Source of the DNA: Bacillota bacterium
GTDB taxonomy: Bacteria > Bacillota > JAAYKD01
Assembly: GCA_963666425.2 (NCBI GenBank)
Contig: OY762825.2
Coordinates: 64,001-128,000 of the forward strand
Reading direction: 5' to 3'
DNA length: 64,000 nucleotides
Part shown: piece by piece, positions 49,574 to 59,847 of the stretch
Numbering within the stretch: position 1 is the stretch's first letter
How the letters are laid out: each line of letters begins with the position of its first letter
The notes under the pieces: model-generated
What the model saw: only the letters and a program-made list of their open reading frames with translations
The model's database searches: none
What the model was told of the DNA's origin: nothing
Translations under genes and position numbers: made by a program

Positions 49574-50917
49574 TTATCGTGAGGATGGCGTCTGATCCTG
49601 TTCGGCAAGATAGACGGCTTGCAGTAAGGTATGCCGCAAATACGCCATGCGTCCGTCCAAGTCACCGGTCTGAATAAAAAACCCGGAAGGCTTGGCATTA
49701 CACTCCAACAGCCAGATCTTACCTTGGGTATCCAGCATAAAATCACAGGAAAACTCACTGGCTTGATAAGGCTTCTCTCCGAATAATTGCGTCAGCCCGT
49801 GCACGGCAGTCTGAATTTGAGCCATCATACTGCTATAAAGTTCTTGCGAGAGGATGTCAGACAGAACTGCCGCATCCGCAGTAATTTCGCGCGCAGCGGT
49901 GATAAACGGCACATCCTGAGCGCCGCTGCAGCGGAGCACATGGCAAGCCTGCAGCCAATTTTCTTGGCAGCGCTGCATTAAAATCCTTTGCTCAAAAACC
50001 CGATGATCCCATAAAAAAGAGGTAATCCCCGCCTGAATCAGGTAATCCTGGCTTTGAGTGATTTGCTCTGCCCGCAGCAGCAGATTCTCTGGTGAGAGCG
50101 AGTTTTGTGTCGATAAAAATCCATTATCATCATTATAAGCAAGCTGCCAGCCGGGATCAGTTTGCTGCAAGCGCAGCAGACCACGGGATTCGTAACCGGC
50201 GGTCGGTTTTAAGAACAGGACCGGGTGCCGCAGCAGCATTTCTGCAAGTGCTGCTGTGGAATAATTCAGTGTTTCCGGCAGGAAAGGCGAGAGCGCCGTT
50301 TGATGTAAAAAATGATAAAAATTCAGTTTGTGATCCAGCAGGCGCGTAAAGAGAGGATTATTCAGGCTGGGAATGCCTAAATTGCTTAGTCGCTGCAGCG
50401 CCTCGATTCGTTCGCTGTTTTCCTCCAGGTAGATGCTGACGCCGCGATAATAGATCACGTCAGGCAGGGAAAAGCAACCGGACTGCCATTCCTGATCAGG
50501 TGTTAAGCAATAACCTTGGATCGTTTTCTGCTCGTAATTCAGGCCTTTGGCGGCAAAGACTACGGTTTTGAAACCATAATTGGCAGAAAGACGAGCGAGT
50601 TGACGGAAATGATAATCCTCAAAGCCAAAGCCGACTTCGTGATTGTTGAGAGAAATTTCCCGGTAGAGAACACCGAACACCGGTAAAACTGCAGCTCGAT
50701 CGGCAGCGCAATCCGTTTCTGTTACCTTCGAAGGATCAGAATCAACAAGGGAGGAATTCAGAGCGGCGAACCTTTGCCAAGCGTATTGCAGCGCCTCTTG
50801 GCGTGAATGGCAGATTTGCCACTTGCCATCTTTGTATCCCTGCAAAGGCCAAATTGTTGTATTGGAGGGGCGCAGCAATTCTGCTTCTTGTCGTTTTGTT
50901 TCATTGATTGGCAGCAT
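49574..50917 (-). CDS. YheC/YheD-like ATP-grasp protein
   Basis: LPDVIYYR, FLKP, QAGI, DFMLD..GKIWLLECNAKP. Confidence 0.82.
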   Translation of the reverse strand: MLPINETKRQEAELLRPSNTTIWPLQGYKDGKWQICHSRQEALQYAWQRFAALNSSLVDSDPSKVTETDCAADRAAVLPVFGVLYREISLNNHEVGFGFEDYHFRQLARLSANYGFKTVVFAAKGLNYEQKTIQGYCLTPDQEWQSGCFSLPDVIYYRGVSIYLEENSERIEALQRLSNLGIPSLNNPLFTRLLDHKLNFYHFLHQTALSPFLPETLNYSTAALAEMLLRHPVLFLKPTAGYESRGLLRLQQTDPGWQLAYNDDNGFLSTQNSLSPENLLLRAEQITQSQDYLIQAGITSFLWDHRVFEQRILMQRCQENWLQACHVLRCSGAQDVPFITAAREITADAAVLSDILSQELYSSMMAQIQTAVHGLTQLFGEKPYQASEFSCDFMLDTQGKIWLLECNAKPSGFFIQTGDLDGRMAYLRHTLLQAVYLAEQDQTPSSR

Positions 50918-51231
50918 GAGGCACCTCCTTTCCAAGTGTAGCACTCTATTCTAGAAAACCAGGAAAAATCCTGCATTTTCTGGACAGCCGGAGGAACCAG
51001 GCGGCGGTAAGTTGTTTTAGCGCAACAATTCTGTCATAAAATGGTCATTTGAAGGGGATGAGGGGTTCGATCAAGAATTAACTAAATTGACTTGTCGGCA
51101 TAACGTTTTATAATGGTAAAATATAACATATATACTGCCGCAAGTGGCTGAACCAAGCCGCCTTCTTGACAAGGGAAACGAAAAAAGTTAATATGGATTG
51201 GATTCTCTCCCAGGAAAGGATGATTTGAAGC

Positions 51232-52257
51232 ATGAAATTTAAGATCGACCTGAAGAAAATCTCCCGAAAAGGGTTCCTATCACTTTGTCTCATTTTATTG
51301 TGCGCCTGTCTGACTGCCGGTATGTTGTATCAATACCAGATCAAAGACGTCACCTTGAGGGTGGCTGGCGAAGAAAGCAAGGTTTCCACGATGAAATCGA
51401 CCGTGGCAGAACTACTGCAGGAACAGAATATTGTGCTTCGCGAATCGGACCGCGTTCTCCCGGCCGCTGATGAGCGATTAGTTGATGAGATGCTGATTAC
51501 GGTTTATTACAGTGTTCCCTACACGCTGATGGTGGATGGTCTGACAATCAGCGGTCAAACCACCGCAGCAACGGTGCATGACTTATTGTTGGAGGCAGGT
51601 GTGCAAGGCAGCGAATTAGATCTGGTACAGCCGGAAGCAAGCACGCCGCTCAAAGCTAACATGGAGATTCGCGTGACTCGGGTCAGACAGGAGACGGTGA
51701 GCGAAAGTGTCGCATTACCCTTTGGCACGGTCTTGGTTGCCAGCGGTGATCTCTTTGTTGGCCAGCAAAGGGTTACGACAGCGGGCCATGATGGCCTTGC
51801 TATCTGTACTTATCTCGTGACCACGGAGGATGGTACAGAGGTGGCAAGACAGTTGCTGCAGACAGAAGAAAAGCAGGCGATATCAAATCAGATTGTGGAA
51901 TATGGTACACAAACAGAGACACAGCTAGCGAACGGTGATCTGATTTCCTTTTCGCAAGTCGCTTACATGACCAGCACCGGCTATTGCTCTTGTGTTCTCT
52001 GCTGCGGTAAGGAGCCCGGTGATTATGGTTACGGTATTACCGCCAGCGGCCGCGCGCAGGGTTATGGGGTGGTCGGTGTGGATACCAGTACAATTCCATT
52101 CGGTACTCGGCTTTATGTTGAAGGCTATGGTTATGCAGTTGCCGGTGACACCGGCGGCGCCATGGTCCCCAACCATTTGGATCTTGGGTTTGATTCCCAT
52201 GCCGATGCGGTAGCTTGGGCGAAAAGAAATGTTACCGTCTATTTTATCAACAATTAG
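51232..52257 (+). CDS. YabE-like cell-wall protein (DUF348, G5 and 3D domains)
   Basis: N-terminal TM, DUF348 repeats, G5, then TASG..VGVD..IPFGT..AGDTGG..LD. Confidence 0.88.
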   Translation: MKFKIDLKKISRKGFLSLCLILLCACLTAGMLYQYQIKDVTLRVAGEESKVSTMKSTVAELLQEQNIVLRESDRVLPAADERLVDEMLITVYYSVPYTLMVDGLTISGQTTAATVHDLLLEAGVQGSELDLVQPEASTPLKANMEIRVTRVRQETVSESVALPFGTVLVASGDLFVGQQRVTTAGHDGLAICTYLVTTEDGTEVARQLLQTEEKQAISNQIVEYGTQTETQLANGDLISFSQVAYMTSTGYCSCVLCCGKEPGDYGYGITASGRAQGYGVVGVDTSTIPFGTRLYVEGYGYAVAGDTGGAMVPNHLDLGFDSHADAVAWAKRNVTVYFINN

Positions 52258-52279
52258 TCAATGAGAAGTGGAGGTACCG

Positions 52280-53290
52280 ATGAAAAAAACAATTGCACTG
52301 CTTCTCCTTCTGATGCTTTTTTTGACAGGCTGCAATCGTTCCAGCCAGTTGTCGGGTTCCGCTGACCATGTCTTTGGTGACCAAGTTGCGTTGAGCGGAG
52401 CAGAAGATCCGGAATATCTGCATATCACAGAAACCGCAAAAGTGAAACAAATGATTTCTTATCGACTCTATAGCAATGGCAACCGGTATTGGTATTATCC
52501 GGTGACGGAGGAAACAAACTCTAACCAACCTTTACATCTGCAAGCGGTCAACGCTACCTTAAGGTATCTTTGCCAGGCACTTCAGCTGCCCAATGTGGAG
52601 GTAGCTTCGATTGCAGTCAGAGATAAAATTGCGTATTTGGATTTACCGGATAGTTTCACTGCCGCTTTGCCTTCTTTCAGTGCTGTGAAAAGCGTGGGAG
52701 ACGCCTTGGTCATGACACTGACCGAATTTAAATCGATCAATAAGGTCCAATTTCTGCTGGATGGGCAAAACAGTAATTTTTTATCCCGCAACAGCGCCCA
52801 ATATGAGATCAATTTACCGCTGAGCCGGCCAGAATGGCCCAATGAAGAAACCGTACGGCAGGAAAGCAAAACAGTGGTCTATTGGTTGGTGCCGGAAACG
52901 GACTGTTTGGTACCGATTACGGTTCGTTTACCCAATACAGACGATAGCATCTTGCAGACGCTTGCTATGCTGTTAGAAGGACCGGCAGCTTACGCCAGCT
53001 CCCTGCAAGCTTCTGTCCTCGGTAATCAAGCAGACGTTCCTGTACGGGTAAATATTAGAAGCTTTGCTGTGAAAGACAAGACGGCAATTTTGGATTTGGA
53101 TTTTGGCAAATACAATTTTGCTGGCAATCCGGCACAGTTTGAATTGGCGGTCAAGGCGATCGTTCAAACCCTGACCGAATTTCCCGCCATAGAACAGGTT
53201 CAACTGTTATTAAATGGCGAGCGGACGGCATTGGCCGTAGGGCAAATGAACACCGGAGATCGGTTGGAACGGCTACTTTACTTAAATTAG
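52280..53290 (+). CDS. GerMN-domain lipoprotein (GerM-like)
   Basis: LTGC lipobox; two TLTEF...VQ.L..G repeats. Confidence 0.85.
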   Translation: MKKTIALLLLLMLFLTGCNRSSQLSGSADHVFGDQVALSGAEDPEYLHITETAKVKQMISYRLYSNGNRYWYYPVTEETNSNQPLHLQAVNATLRYLCQALQLPNVEVASIAVRDKIAYLDLPDSFTAALPSFSAVKSVGDALVMTLTEFKSINKVQFLLDGQNSNFLSRNSAQYEINLPLSRPEWPNEETVRQESKTVVYWLVPETDCLVPITVRLPNTDDSILQTLAMLLEGPAAYASSLQASVLGNQADVPVRVNIRSFAVKDKTAILDLDFGKYNFAGNPAQFELAVKAIVQTLTEFPAIEQVQLLLNGERTALAVGQMNTGDRLERLLYLN

Positions 53291-53484
53291 CAACGGAGGC
53301 AGACGCTGCCAAACGAATCGGGCAGCAGGGTTTCGGTAATAAGTTAAGGCTTCCATATCCAGCTTTACGGGTGCAGTAATTTTGGATACTGAAAAATTTA
53401 TAGCTAAATTGCGCAAAAACACTGGACTTTTAAAGGGATAAGATGTATAATTCTGTATGGAGATTTTTGGTGAGGTGATTTTTT

Positions 53485-53940
53485 ATGGAAGAAGAACGTG
53501 AATTTACCGAAACAGTCGGAGAACTTGAATGGCTGCTGCGGCATGTCAGTAATGTAATTCGTATCCGAGGCAGAGAGATTTTAGCCGACTTTAATATTAC
53601 GCCACCGCAGCTGACCGCTTTGCAAGTCCTGCAAAAAAACGGTACAATCACCATCGGCGAATTGGGTGAGAAAATGTACCTTGCTTATAGTACAGCTACC
53701 GATTTGATTGACAGGATGGAACGGAACGAACTGGTACTGCGCATTCGCGACGTGGATGACCGACGTGTTGTACGCTTACAGATCCTGCCCAAAGGGGAAA
53801 AATTGGTGGATGAGGTGATTTACCGCCGGAAAGAGTATTTAGCCGAGATTCTGATTGCCGTCAATGAAGAAGATCAGCTGCATCTTTTGAATTCTTTAAA
53901 ACGTTTGGACGAGATCATGGATAAAGATAAGAAAAAGTAA
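53485..53940 (+). CDS. MarR family regulator
   Basis: [25 protein letters not shown]. Confidence 0.9.
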   Translation: MEEEREFTETVGELEWLLRHVSNVIRIRGREILADFNITPPQLTALQVLQKNGTITIGELGEKMYLAYSTATDLIDRMERNELVLRIRDVDDRRVVRLQILPKGEKLVDEVIYRRKEYLAEILIAVNEEDQLHLLNSLKRLDEIMDKDKKK

Positions 53941-53963
53941 ACGGAAGGCAGGAATTTCTTACA

Positions 53964-54698
53964 ATGCGCTTCAACGGCAGAAAAGAATGTGAACTACGCC
54001 CGGTATTCATTAAGACCGGCTTTAATATTTATGCAGAAGGTTCTGTACAAATTCAAGTGGAAAATACCATTATTTTGGTGACTGCTACCGTGGAAGAGCA
54101 TGTGCCACCCTTTCTGAAAGGGAGCGGCAAAGGCTGGGTTACTGCCGAATATAATATGCTGCCGAGAGCGACTGCTTCACGCAACCAACGGGAGGGAAGA
54201 CGCGGCAATGGCATTGGCGGCAGAACACAAGAAATTCAACGCTTAATCGGCCGATCCTTAAGAGCTGTCTGTGATTTGGAAGCTTTGGGGGAAAGAACGA
54301 TTACGCTTGATTGTGATGTACTGCAGGCAGATGGCGGAACCCGGACGGCTTCCATTACGGCTGCTTGGCTGGCTCTGGTGATGGCGTGTGATAAATTGGT
54401 GCGAAAAGGAATTCTCCCTTCGATTCCCATTAAAAATTATCTAGCCGCGGTCAGTGTGGGGATGCGAAATCAAGAGATTTTGATGGATTTGTGTTACGAC
54501 GAAGATTCCAACGCGGACGTTGATATGAATGTTGTGATGACCGGCGCCGGTGAATTTGTGGAAATTCAGGGAACCGGTGAAGAAGCTACCTTTAACCGAA
54601 TTCAGATGAACCGCATGCTGGACATGGCGGAAGTTGGCATCCAAAGCTTAATTCAAAAACAAAGAGAAGTCCTGCAAAAAGAAAATATACGCTTTTAG
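53964..54698 (+). CDS. rph: Ribonuclease PH
   Basis: [36 protein letters not shown]. Confidence 0.96.
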   Translation: MRFNGRKECELRPVFIKTGFNIYAEGSVQIQVENTIILVTATVEEHVPPFLKGSGKGWVTAEYNMLPRATASRNQREGRRGNGIGGRTQEIQRLIGRSLRAVCDLEALGERTITLDCDVLQADGGTRTASITAAWLALVMACDKLVRKGILPSIPIKNYLAAVSVGMRNQEILMDLCYDEDSNADVDMNVVMTGAGEFVEIQGTGEEATFNRIQMNRMLDMAEVGIQSLIQKQREVLQKENIRF

Positions 54699-54710
54699 AG
54701 GGAAATATAC

Positions 54711-55322
54711 GTGAGAAAAATACTGTTAGCCACCGGCAACCAAGGTAAAATCCGAGAATTCCGCGTCCTGACTCAAGGTTTGCCAATTGAGTTGCTGACT
54801 GCCAAAGAAATCGGATTTCACGGTGAAATTGAAGAAAATGGTCATACATTTGCTGAAAATGCCATAAAAAAAGCCACAGCAATCGCAGAGTTTTCGAAAG
54901 AATGGACGATCGCGGATGATTCCGGCATTGTGCTGCCTTACCTGGGCGGAGAACCGGGTATTTATTCCGCGCGCTATGCCGGTGAACAGGCCACCGATGC
55001 AGAGAATAATGAAAAACTGCTGATCAATATGCAGCCAGCCGAAGGAGAGCAGAGAACTGCCTATTTCGTAGCAGAAATTGCTTTGCTCAGACCCGGTTTT
55101 CCACCGGAGACGTTTCATGGCGAAACCAAAGGCATACTGCTGCGTTCTTTACAGGGCGATCATGGTTTCGGTTATGACCCTCTCTTCTTTGTTGAGGAAT
55201 ATCAATTGACCTTCGCTCAGCTGCCGATGACCGCGAAAAATGAAATCAGCCATCGCGGCAGAGCAATGGCCTTACTCAAACAGCGTTTATTACAGCTTTT
55301 TCATACAAATGTGATGAATTAA
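54711..55322 (+). CDS. rdgB: XTP/dITP diphosphatase
   Basis: ATGNQGK, ADDSG, PGIYSARY, FGYDP, KNEISHR. Confidence 0.95.
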   Translation: MRKILLATGNQGKIREFRVLTQGLPIELLTAKEIGFHGEIEENGHTFAENAIKKATAIAEFSKEWTIADDSGIVLPYLGGEPGIYSARYAGEQATDAENNEKLLINMQPAEGEQRTAYFVAEIALLRPGFPPETFHGETKGILLRSLQGDHGFGYDPLFFVEEYQLTFAQLPMTAKNEISHRGRAMALLKQRLLQLFHTNVMN

Positions 55323-55489
55323 GTCAGGTAGAATAGTTCTGTGCAGTGAAATCCGAGCCATTTCCATTTTTCTTATCTTTTTCCTGGGACTGATGTGACT
55401 GCGTATGTCGGAGATGCTGGTATTGTCAGGGTTTCCGATTGTTCTTTGAAATGATAAGAAAAAAATTAAAAACATATACGCACTTTGGG

Positions 55490-55518
55490 TTTACAAATTC
55501 TCATTGCTGTGTTATATT
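55490..55518 (+). promoter_or_regulatory. SigA promoter of the tRNA cluster
   Basis: TTTACA-17-TATATT with extended TG. Confidence 0.6.
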
Positions 55519-55586
55519 ATTTGAGCCAAGAACTGAAGGCACGTAAAATTCTTAATGATTCACTCTCAGCAGAAGCGAAATGTATT

Positions 55587-55663
55587 CGGGACGTAGCGCA
55601 GTTTGGTAGCGCGTCTGGCTTGGGACCAGAAGGTCGGGGGTTCGAATCCCTTCGTCCCGACCA
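55587..55663 (+). tRNA. tRNA-Pro(TGG)
   Basis: Cloverleaf; anticodon arm TCTGG-CTTGGGA-CCAGA; TTCGAAT; CCA end. Confidence 0.95.
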
Positions 55664-55691
55664 GTAAAGATGCGCTTTCCATTCAGAACAT

Positions 55692-55767
55692 GCGCTTGTA
55701 GCTCAGGGGATAGAGCAACGGACTTCTAATCCGTGGGCCGTAGGTTCGATTCCTACCAGGCGCACCA
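55692..55767 (+). tRNA. tRNA-Arg(TCT)
   Basis: Anticodon arm ACGGA-CTTCTAA-TCCGT; CCA end. Confidence 0.95.
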
Positions 55768-55785
55768 TTTATTCCACTCATTTAT

Positions 55786-55863
55786 GGCGGATATAGCTCA
55801 GTTGGTTAGAGCACCAGGTTGTGGCCTTGGGGGTCGTGGGTTCGAGTCCCGTTATCCGCCCCA
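55786..55863 (+). tRNA. tRNA-His(GTG)
   Basis: G-1, anticodon arm CCAGG-TTGTGGC-CTTGG, C73-CCA. Confidence 0.95.
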
Positions 55864-55884
55864 TTTAAACTTTTTTTTTGATAT

Positions 55885-55961
55885 GCGCCCGTAGCTCAGC
55901 TGGATAGAGTAACAGGCTACGAACTTGGTGGTCGGGGGTCCGAATCCCTCCGGGCGCACCA
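55885..55961 (+). tRNA. tRNA-Arg(ACG) with non-canonical T-loop
   Basis: Anticodon loop CTACGAA; T-loop reads TCCGAAT; CCA end. Confidence 0.85.
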
Positions 55962-55998
55962 AAAAACCGGATTGCTTTGCAAAGCAATCCGGTTTTTT
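55961..55998. terminator. Bidirectional intrinsic terminator
   Basis: AAAAAACCGGATTGCTTTGCAAAGCAATCCGGTTTTTT. Confidence 0.85.
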
Positions 55999-56037
55999 AC
56001 TGTGCTATTGAGGAAAGTAAGAAAGAAAACGCTCTGA

Positions 56038-56508
56038 CTATTGTTTGATGGTATAGTGATCCGTCTGGATTTCTTTGATGATTTCCTGATGCAATCTGCC
56101 GAGCGCGCTCTCTTTTTCCTCGGCGGCTAAGTGAGTGAAGCTTTTGGCTAAATCCTCCACCGTTGATTCTAGGGTCAGCATAAATTGGGTGTAGGCGAAT
56201 TCTCGCTTGCTGTCCGCTTCCTCTGTGCCGTAAACCAAATTGATCAACCCTTCGATCATCTGGTCCATTTGCCAAAGCTTTAAGTGCAGCAATTCGTGAA
56301 TGATCACTTCTTCCGTATTGCTGCGTTTGGGGTTGCAGACATTAAGCATCAAAACCGCATTGTGATTGGCATCATCGATTTTGATATCGCCCGTCTTGCG
56401 CCACTCAACCTCGACCGGCAAGAAGTGCAGATCCCAATCCTGCAGACGTAAAATTCCCTGCCATTTTTGCATACAATTTTGCATTTCTTCTTGATTCATC
56501 GCTGCCAC
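56038..56508 (-). CDS. Hypothetical HExxH (zinc-metallopeptidase-like) protein
   Basis: WQGILRLQDW and IIHELLH motifs. Confidence 0.7.
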   Translation of the reverse strand: MAAMNQEEMQNCMQKWQGILRLQDWDLHFLPVEVEWRKTGDIKIDDANHNAVLMLNVCNPKRSNTEEVIIHELLHLKLWQMDQMIEGLINLVYGTEEADSKREFAYTQFMLTLESTVEDLAKSFTHLAAEEKESALGRLHQEIIKEIQTDHYTIKQ

Positions 56509-56835
56509 CTCTGTTTTGTTTTTTTAAACTTTCGCTGCTGCTGCGATTCATTCCTCTTGATGGCTGTATGCTATAAGGAAAAAACACAAAACAAGTTAGT
56601 AACGTTCAATTTGAATGCAAAATCAGCCTTTACGCAGTGGAGAAGCAGAATACAGGTAAATAATGACAAGCCATCCGGCGAAAAAAGGAATTTGTCTCGG
56701 GGATCCAGAATGCTCAAAGAAAACTCTTGAAAAGATTGCTGCAACTTTTTTCCTGCAAAGGGAAGGTAGGATTGCGGCAGCGCGTGAATTGGCAGTAAAA
56801 TATCCGGATCACCTGTGTAATAAGGAGAGATCAAC

Positions 56836-57759
56836 ATGAAGAAAATAAGTGTGGTAATTCCTTGTCTGAACGAGGAAGAGTCCATTCCACTGTTTTATGA
56901 AGCTTTTTTGAAAGAGACAGCGGGTATGCCGGTTGAATTTGAATTACTGTTTGTTGATGACGGCAGTACGGATCATTCTCTTGAAATCATGAAGGCGCTT
57001 TCAAAAAAGAATGCGAATGTTCACTATCTTAGTTTCTCCAGAAATTTCGGAAAAGAAGCGGTCATGCTGGCCGGAATGGAAGCGGCAAGCGGTGACTATG
57101 TCGCGATCATGGATGTGGATTTACAGGATCCACCCTCACTGCTCAAAGAGATGCTTACCGGCATTGAGCAAGAGGGATATGATTGTGTTGCAAGCAGACG
57201 TGTCACACGAAAAGGAGAACCTAAGCTGCGCAGTTACTTCGCACGCCTGTTTTACAAGTTGGTTAACCTGATCAGCAAAATTGAAATTGTGGATGGAGCC
57301 AGAGATTTTAGGCTGATGACGCGTCAAATGGTCAACGCCGTACTCAGTGTGCGAGAAGTAGGACGATTTTCGAAAGGTATTTTCAGTTGGGTGGGATTCA
57401 AAACAAAGTGGATTGAATATGAAAATGTGAATCGTATCGCAGGCGAAACAAAATGGTCATTTTGGAAATTGTTTCTTTATGCCCTGGATGGTATGATTTG
57501 TTTTACAACAGCACCGCTGGCAATTGCATCTTTTGCGGGAGTTTTATTCTGCGTGATTGCCTTTTTAATGTTGCTGTTCTTCTTTGTAAAAACGATTGTT
57601 TGGGGTGATCCGGTTGCAGGTTTTCCGGCCTTGGTTTGCATTGTTTTATTCCTGGGTGGGATTCAGCTTTTTTGTATTGGCATCTTGGGGCAGTATCTCA
57701 GCAAAACCTATATGGAAACCAAAAGCAGACCGATCTACATTGTGAAGGAACAAAAATGA
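56836..57759 (+). CDS. GT2 undecaprenyl-phosphate glycosyltransferase (GtrB-like)
   Basis: VVIPCLNEE, VDDGSTD, SRNFGKE, DVDLQDPP, two C-terminal TMs, RPIYIV. Confidence 0.93.
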   Translation: MKKISVVIPCLNEEESIPLFYEAFLKETAGMPVEFELLFVDDGSTDHSLEIMKALSKKNANVHYLSFSRNFGKEAVMLAGMEAASGDYVAIMDVDLQDPPSLLKEMLTGIEQEGYDCVASRRVTRKGEPKLRSYFARLFYKLVNLISKIEIVDGARDFRLMTRQMVNAVLSVREVGRFSKGIFSWVGFKTKWIEYENVNRIAGETKWSFWKLFLYALDGMICFTTAPLAIASFAGVLFCVIAFLMLLFFFVKTIVWGDPVAGFPALVCIVLFLGGIQLFCIGILGQYLSKTYMETKSRPIYIVKEQK

Positions 57760-58175
57760 TGAAGGGTGCTATAGCGAAATTTATCAAGAAATATAAAGAT
57801 CTCATATTATATCTGTTCTTCGGTGGTCTGACCACATTAATAAATCTGATTATCTACCATATATCATATACTCTGTTTCAAATCCCCAACATTTTATCCA
57901 CTGTCATCGCGTGGATTTTTGCTGTTGTCTTTGCTTATCTGACCAATAAATTATGGGTTTTTCACAGTAAAGCTTTTGATGTTACTACTTTAAAACATGA
58001 AATTCCAACATTTTTTACTGCTCGAATTCTGACGGGAATTCTGGATGTTGGTATTATGTATATCGCTGTTGATGCTCTGCAGAGGAACGCGACCCTGTGG
58101 AAACTAATTTCAAATCTATTGGTTGTGATTTTGAATTATAGCGCAAGTAAATTGGTTATTTTCAAGGAAAAATGA
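57756..58175 (+). CDS. GtrA family flippase
   Basis: YLFFGGLTT, AYLTNKLWVF, NYSASKLVIF; ATGA overlap with gtrB. Confidence 0.9.
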   Translation: MMKGAIAKFIKKYKDLILYLFFGGLTTLINLIIYHISYTLFQIPNILSTVIAWIFAVVFAYLTNKLWVFHSKAFDVTTLKHEIPTFFTARILTGILDVGIMYIAVDALQRNATLWKLISNLLVVILNYSASKLVIFKEK

Positions 58176-58386
58176 CCAACATAGGGATGTTAAAGCACGG
58201 GAAGAGACTGGTTTGCTTCTGATTCAACGGCTTCCTAATCGTGACGGATATCGTTGTCAAAATGGAAGAAATCAGATGATTCTCTGAGGAAGTGCAAATT
58301 TCAATCATGCCGGGTGGATCATCGAACAGGGAACCATGCCGGAAGCTCAGATCAGCAATAGAAAGCAAGCTACCCGCTGTGATGAT

Positions 58387-59847
58387 TTATCTCACGATTA
58401 AGATCAGATTATAGCGATAATTTTGATAGGCAGTCAGGAAGATTTCACTGCTCTTAAATGAATAAGCGTCATTTTTGAAAGCACTATTGTAGAAATCGAA
58501 ATTCTCAGAGTCGATCAGCCAGATTCTTCCCTGATAATCATTCAGAAAAGAGAGATCTGCAACGGTTGTCATTTGCGGAGCATAAGCTTTAAAAGCGCCC
58601 ACTGCATCCCAATTATCAACATTGTAAAAGTACTGCTCATGATCTGTAAAATGGGTCGCGATCACGGAGCCAATGCCAATATTTGAATAGACGATGATAT
58701 CATTCGGTTGGATCTCTTCTGCTAAATAGTCTATTTGCTTCATATTGCTGGCGGCATAATTTGCTTTGATTAAAGCAAGGTTGTTGTAGACGGATAAGGC
58801 AATCATGATTCCGGCGATAAGGATCACAATTGATTTCTTTTCTTCTTTGGCTAATATGTAACTGAGAGCGAAGATGAACAAGCCGGTAATGGTAAACAAA
58901 TACCTGGCGAATAGAATCGGTGTTTTTAGCGAAAGAATAAAAGCAAAAGCGATCACGGCAAGATAAAGTCCGATGGCCCAGACAGCCCATTTTTTCTCAT
59001 TGCTTTTTTTCATTTTCCAGATACGACAGCCAATATAGAGATACAGAACAATTGCAATCATAAAGGCAATATTTGTGTGAATCACGCTGGCAGTCGCGAG
59101 ATCTCCGCCAAACTGAAAGCTCATGATTTGGATTAATGTCTTAGGGAAGATCAATTCGACCCAGAAACCTTTTTTTAAATCATCCATTTGTTTGAGTAAA
59201 ATGATCAGCCAGGGCAAATAGAGTAAGATTTGAATGGAAGCTGCAATCAGAAAGATCTTAATCTGCTTGATCTGCTTTGCCAGGCAGAGAGTAACAAAGA
59301 GTACTACGTTGATAATTCCAACCGCTAATAAACCATAATAATGGGTATAAGCGCTTGCTAAACTAAATAATGTAAACAGGCACCAGTTTCGATTGGTGCT
59401 TGTTTTTAAGATCCTGTAAGCATAAATAAAGGCAAGCGTGACAAAAACCATGGTCCAGGAGTACATTCTTATTTCATTGGCATAGATGCACATGATCGGC
59501 AGAAAAAATGCCAAAAAAGAAAATGCTAAGCCGGCTTTTTCTCCCAGATCTTTTCGAATATGAGTGTAACCCAGGGAGGCAAACAAAGCGATTCCAAGCA
59601 TAGAGAAGATTCTGTAAACAAGGATGTTCGTTCCAAAAATCAGATAGAGGACTCTTAACATCCAGTAATACAGGGGAGGATGCACATCGTTCGCCGTGAT
59701 TGACCAAATTTCACTAAAACTGTGACTTGCCAGAGATACTGAAAACGTTTCATCGAACCATAGATTGGTATGGAAAATACTGGCTGTAATATAGATCGTT
59801 CCCAGAACGATTAATATAAGGTGAATTTTCTTTACGGATTTCAACAT
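58387..59847 (-). CDS. GT-C fold (PMT/GT39-like) membrane glycosyltransferase, GtrC-like
   Basis: LWFDE, DVHPPLYY, EIRMYS, AYTHYY; multiple TMs. Confidence 0.88.
   Translation of the reverse strand: MLKSVKKIHLILIVLGTIYITASIFHTNLWFDETFSVSLASHSFSEIWSITANDVHPPLYYWMLRVLYLIFGTNILVYRIFSMLGIALFASLGYTHIRKDLGEKAGLAFSFLAFFLPIMCIYANEIRMYSWTMVFVTLAFIYAYRILKTSTNRNWCLFTLFSLASAYTHYYGLLAVGIINVVLFVTLCLAKQIKQIKIFLIAASIQILLYLPWLIILLKQMDDLKKGFWVELIFPKTLIQIMSFQFGGDLATASVIHTNIAFMIAIVLYLYIGCRIWKMKKSNEKKWAVWAIGLYLAVIAFAFILSLKTPILFARYLFTITGLFIFALSYILAKEEKKSIVILIAGIMIALSVYNNLALIKANYAASNMKQIDYLAEEIQPNDIIVYSNIGIGSVIATHFTDHEQYFYNVDNWDAVGAFKAYAPQMTTVADLSFLNDYQGRIWLIDSENFDFYNSAFKNDAYSFKSSEIFLTAYQNYRYNLILIVR

Noticed and set aside
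51100-51231. c-di-AMP (ydaO) riboswitch upstream of the YabE-like gene
   Set aside because: Only a GCTGAA fragment is present; the other conserved blocks are missing
55485-55667. 60-aa ORF
   Set aside because: Overlaps tRNA-Pro and its promoter
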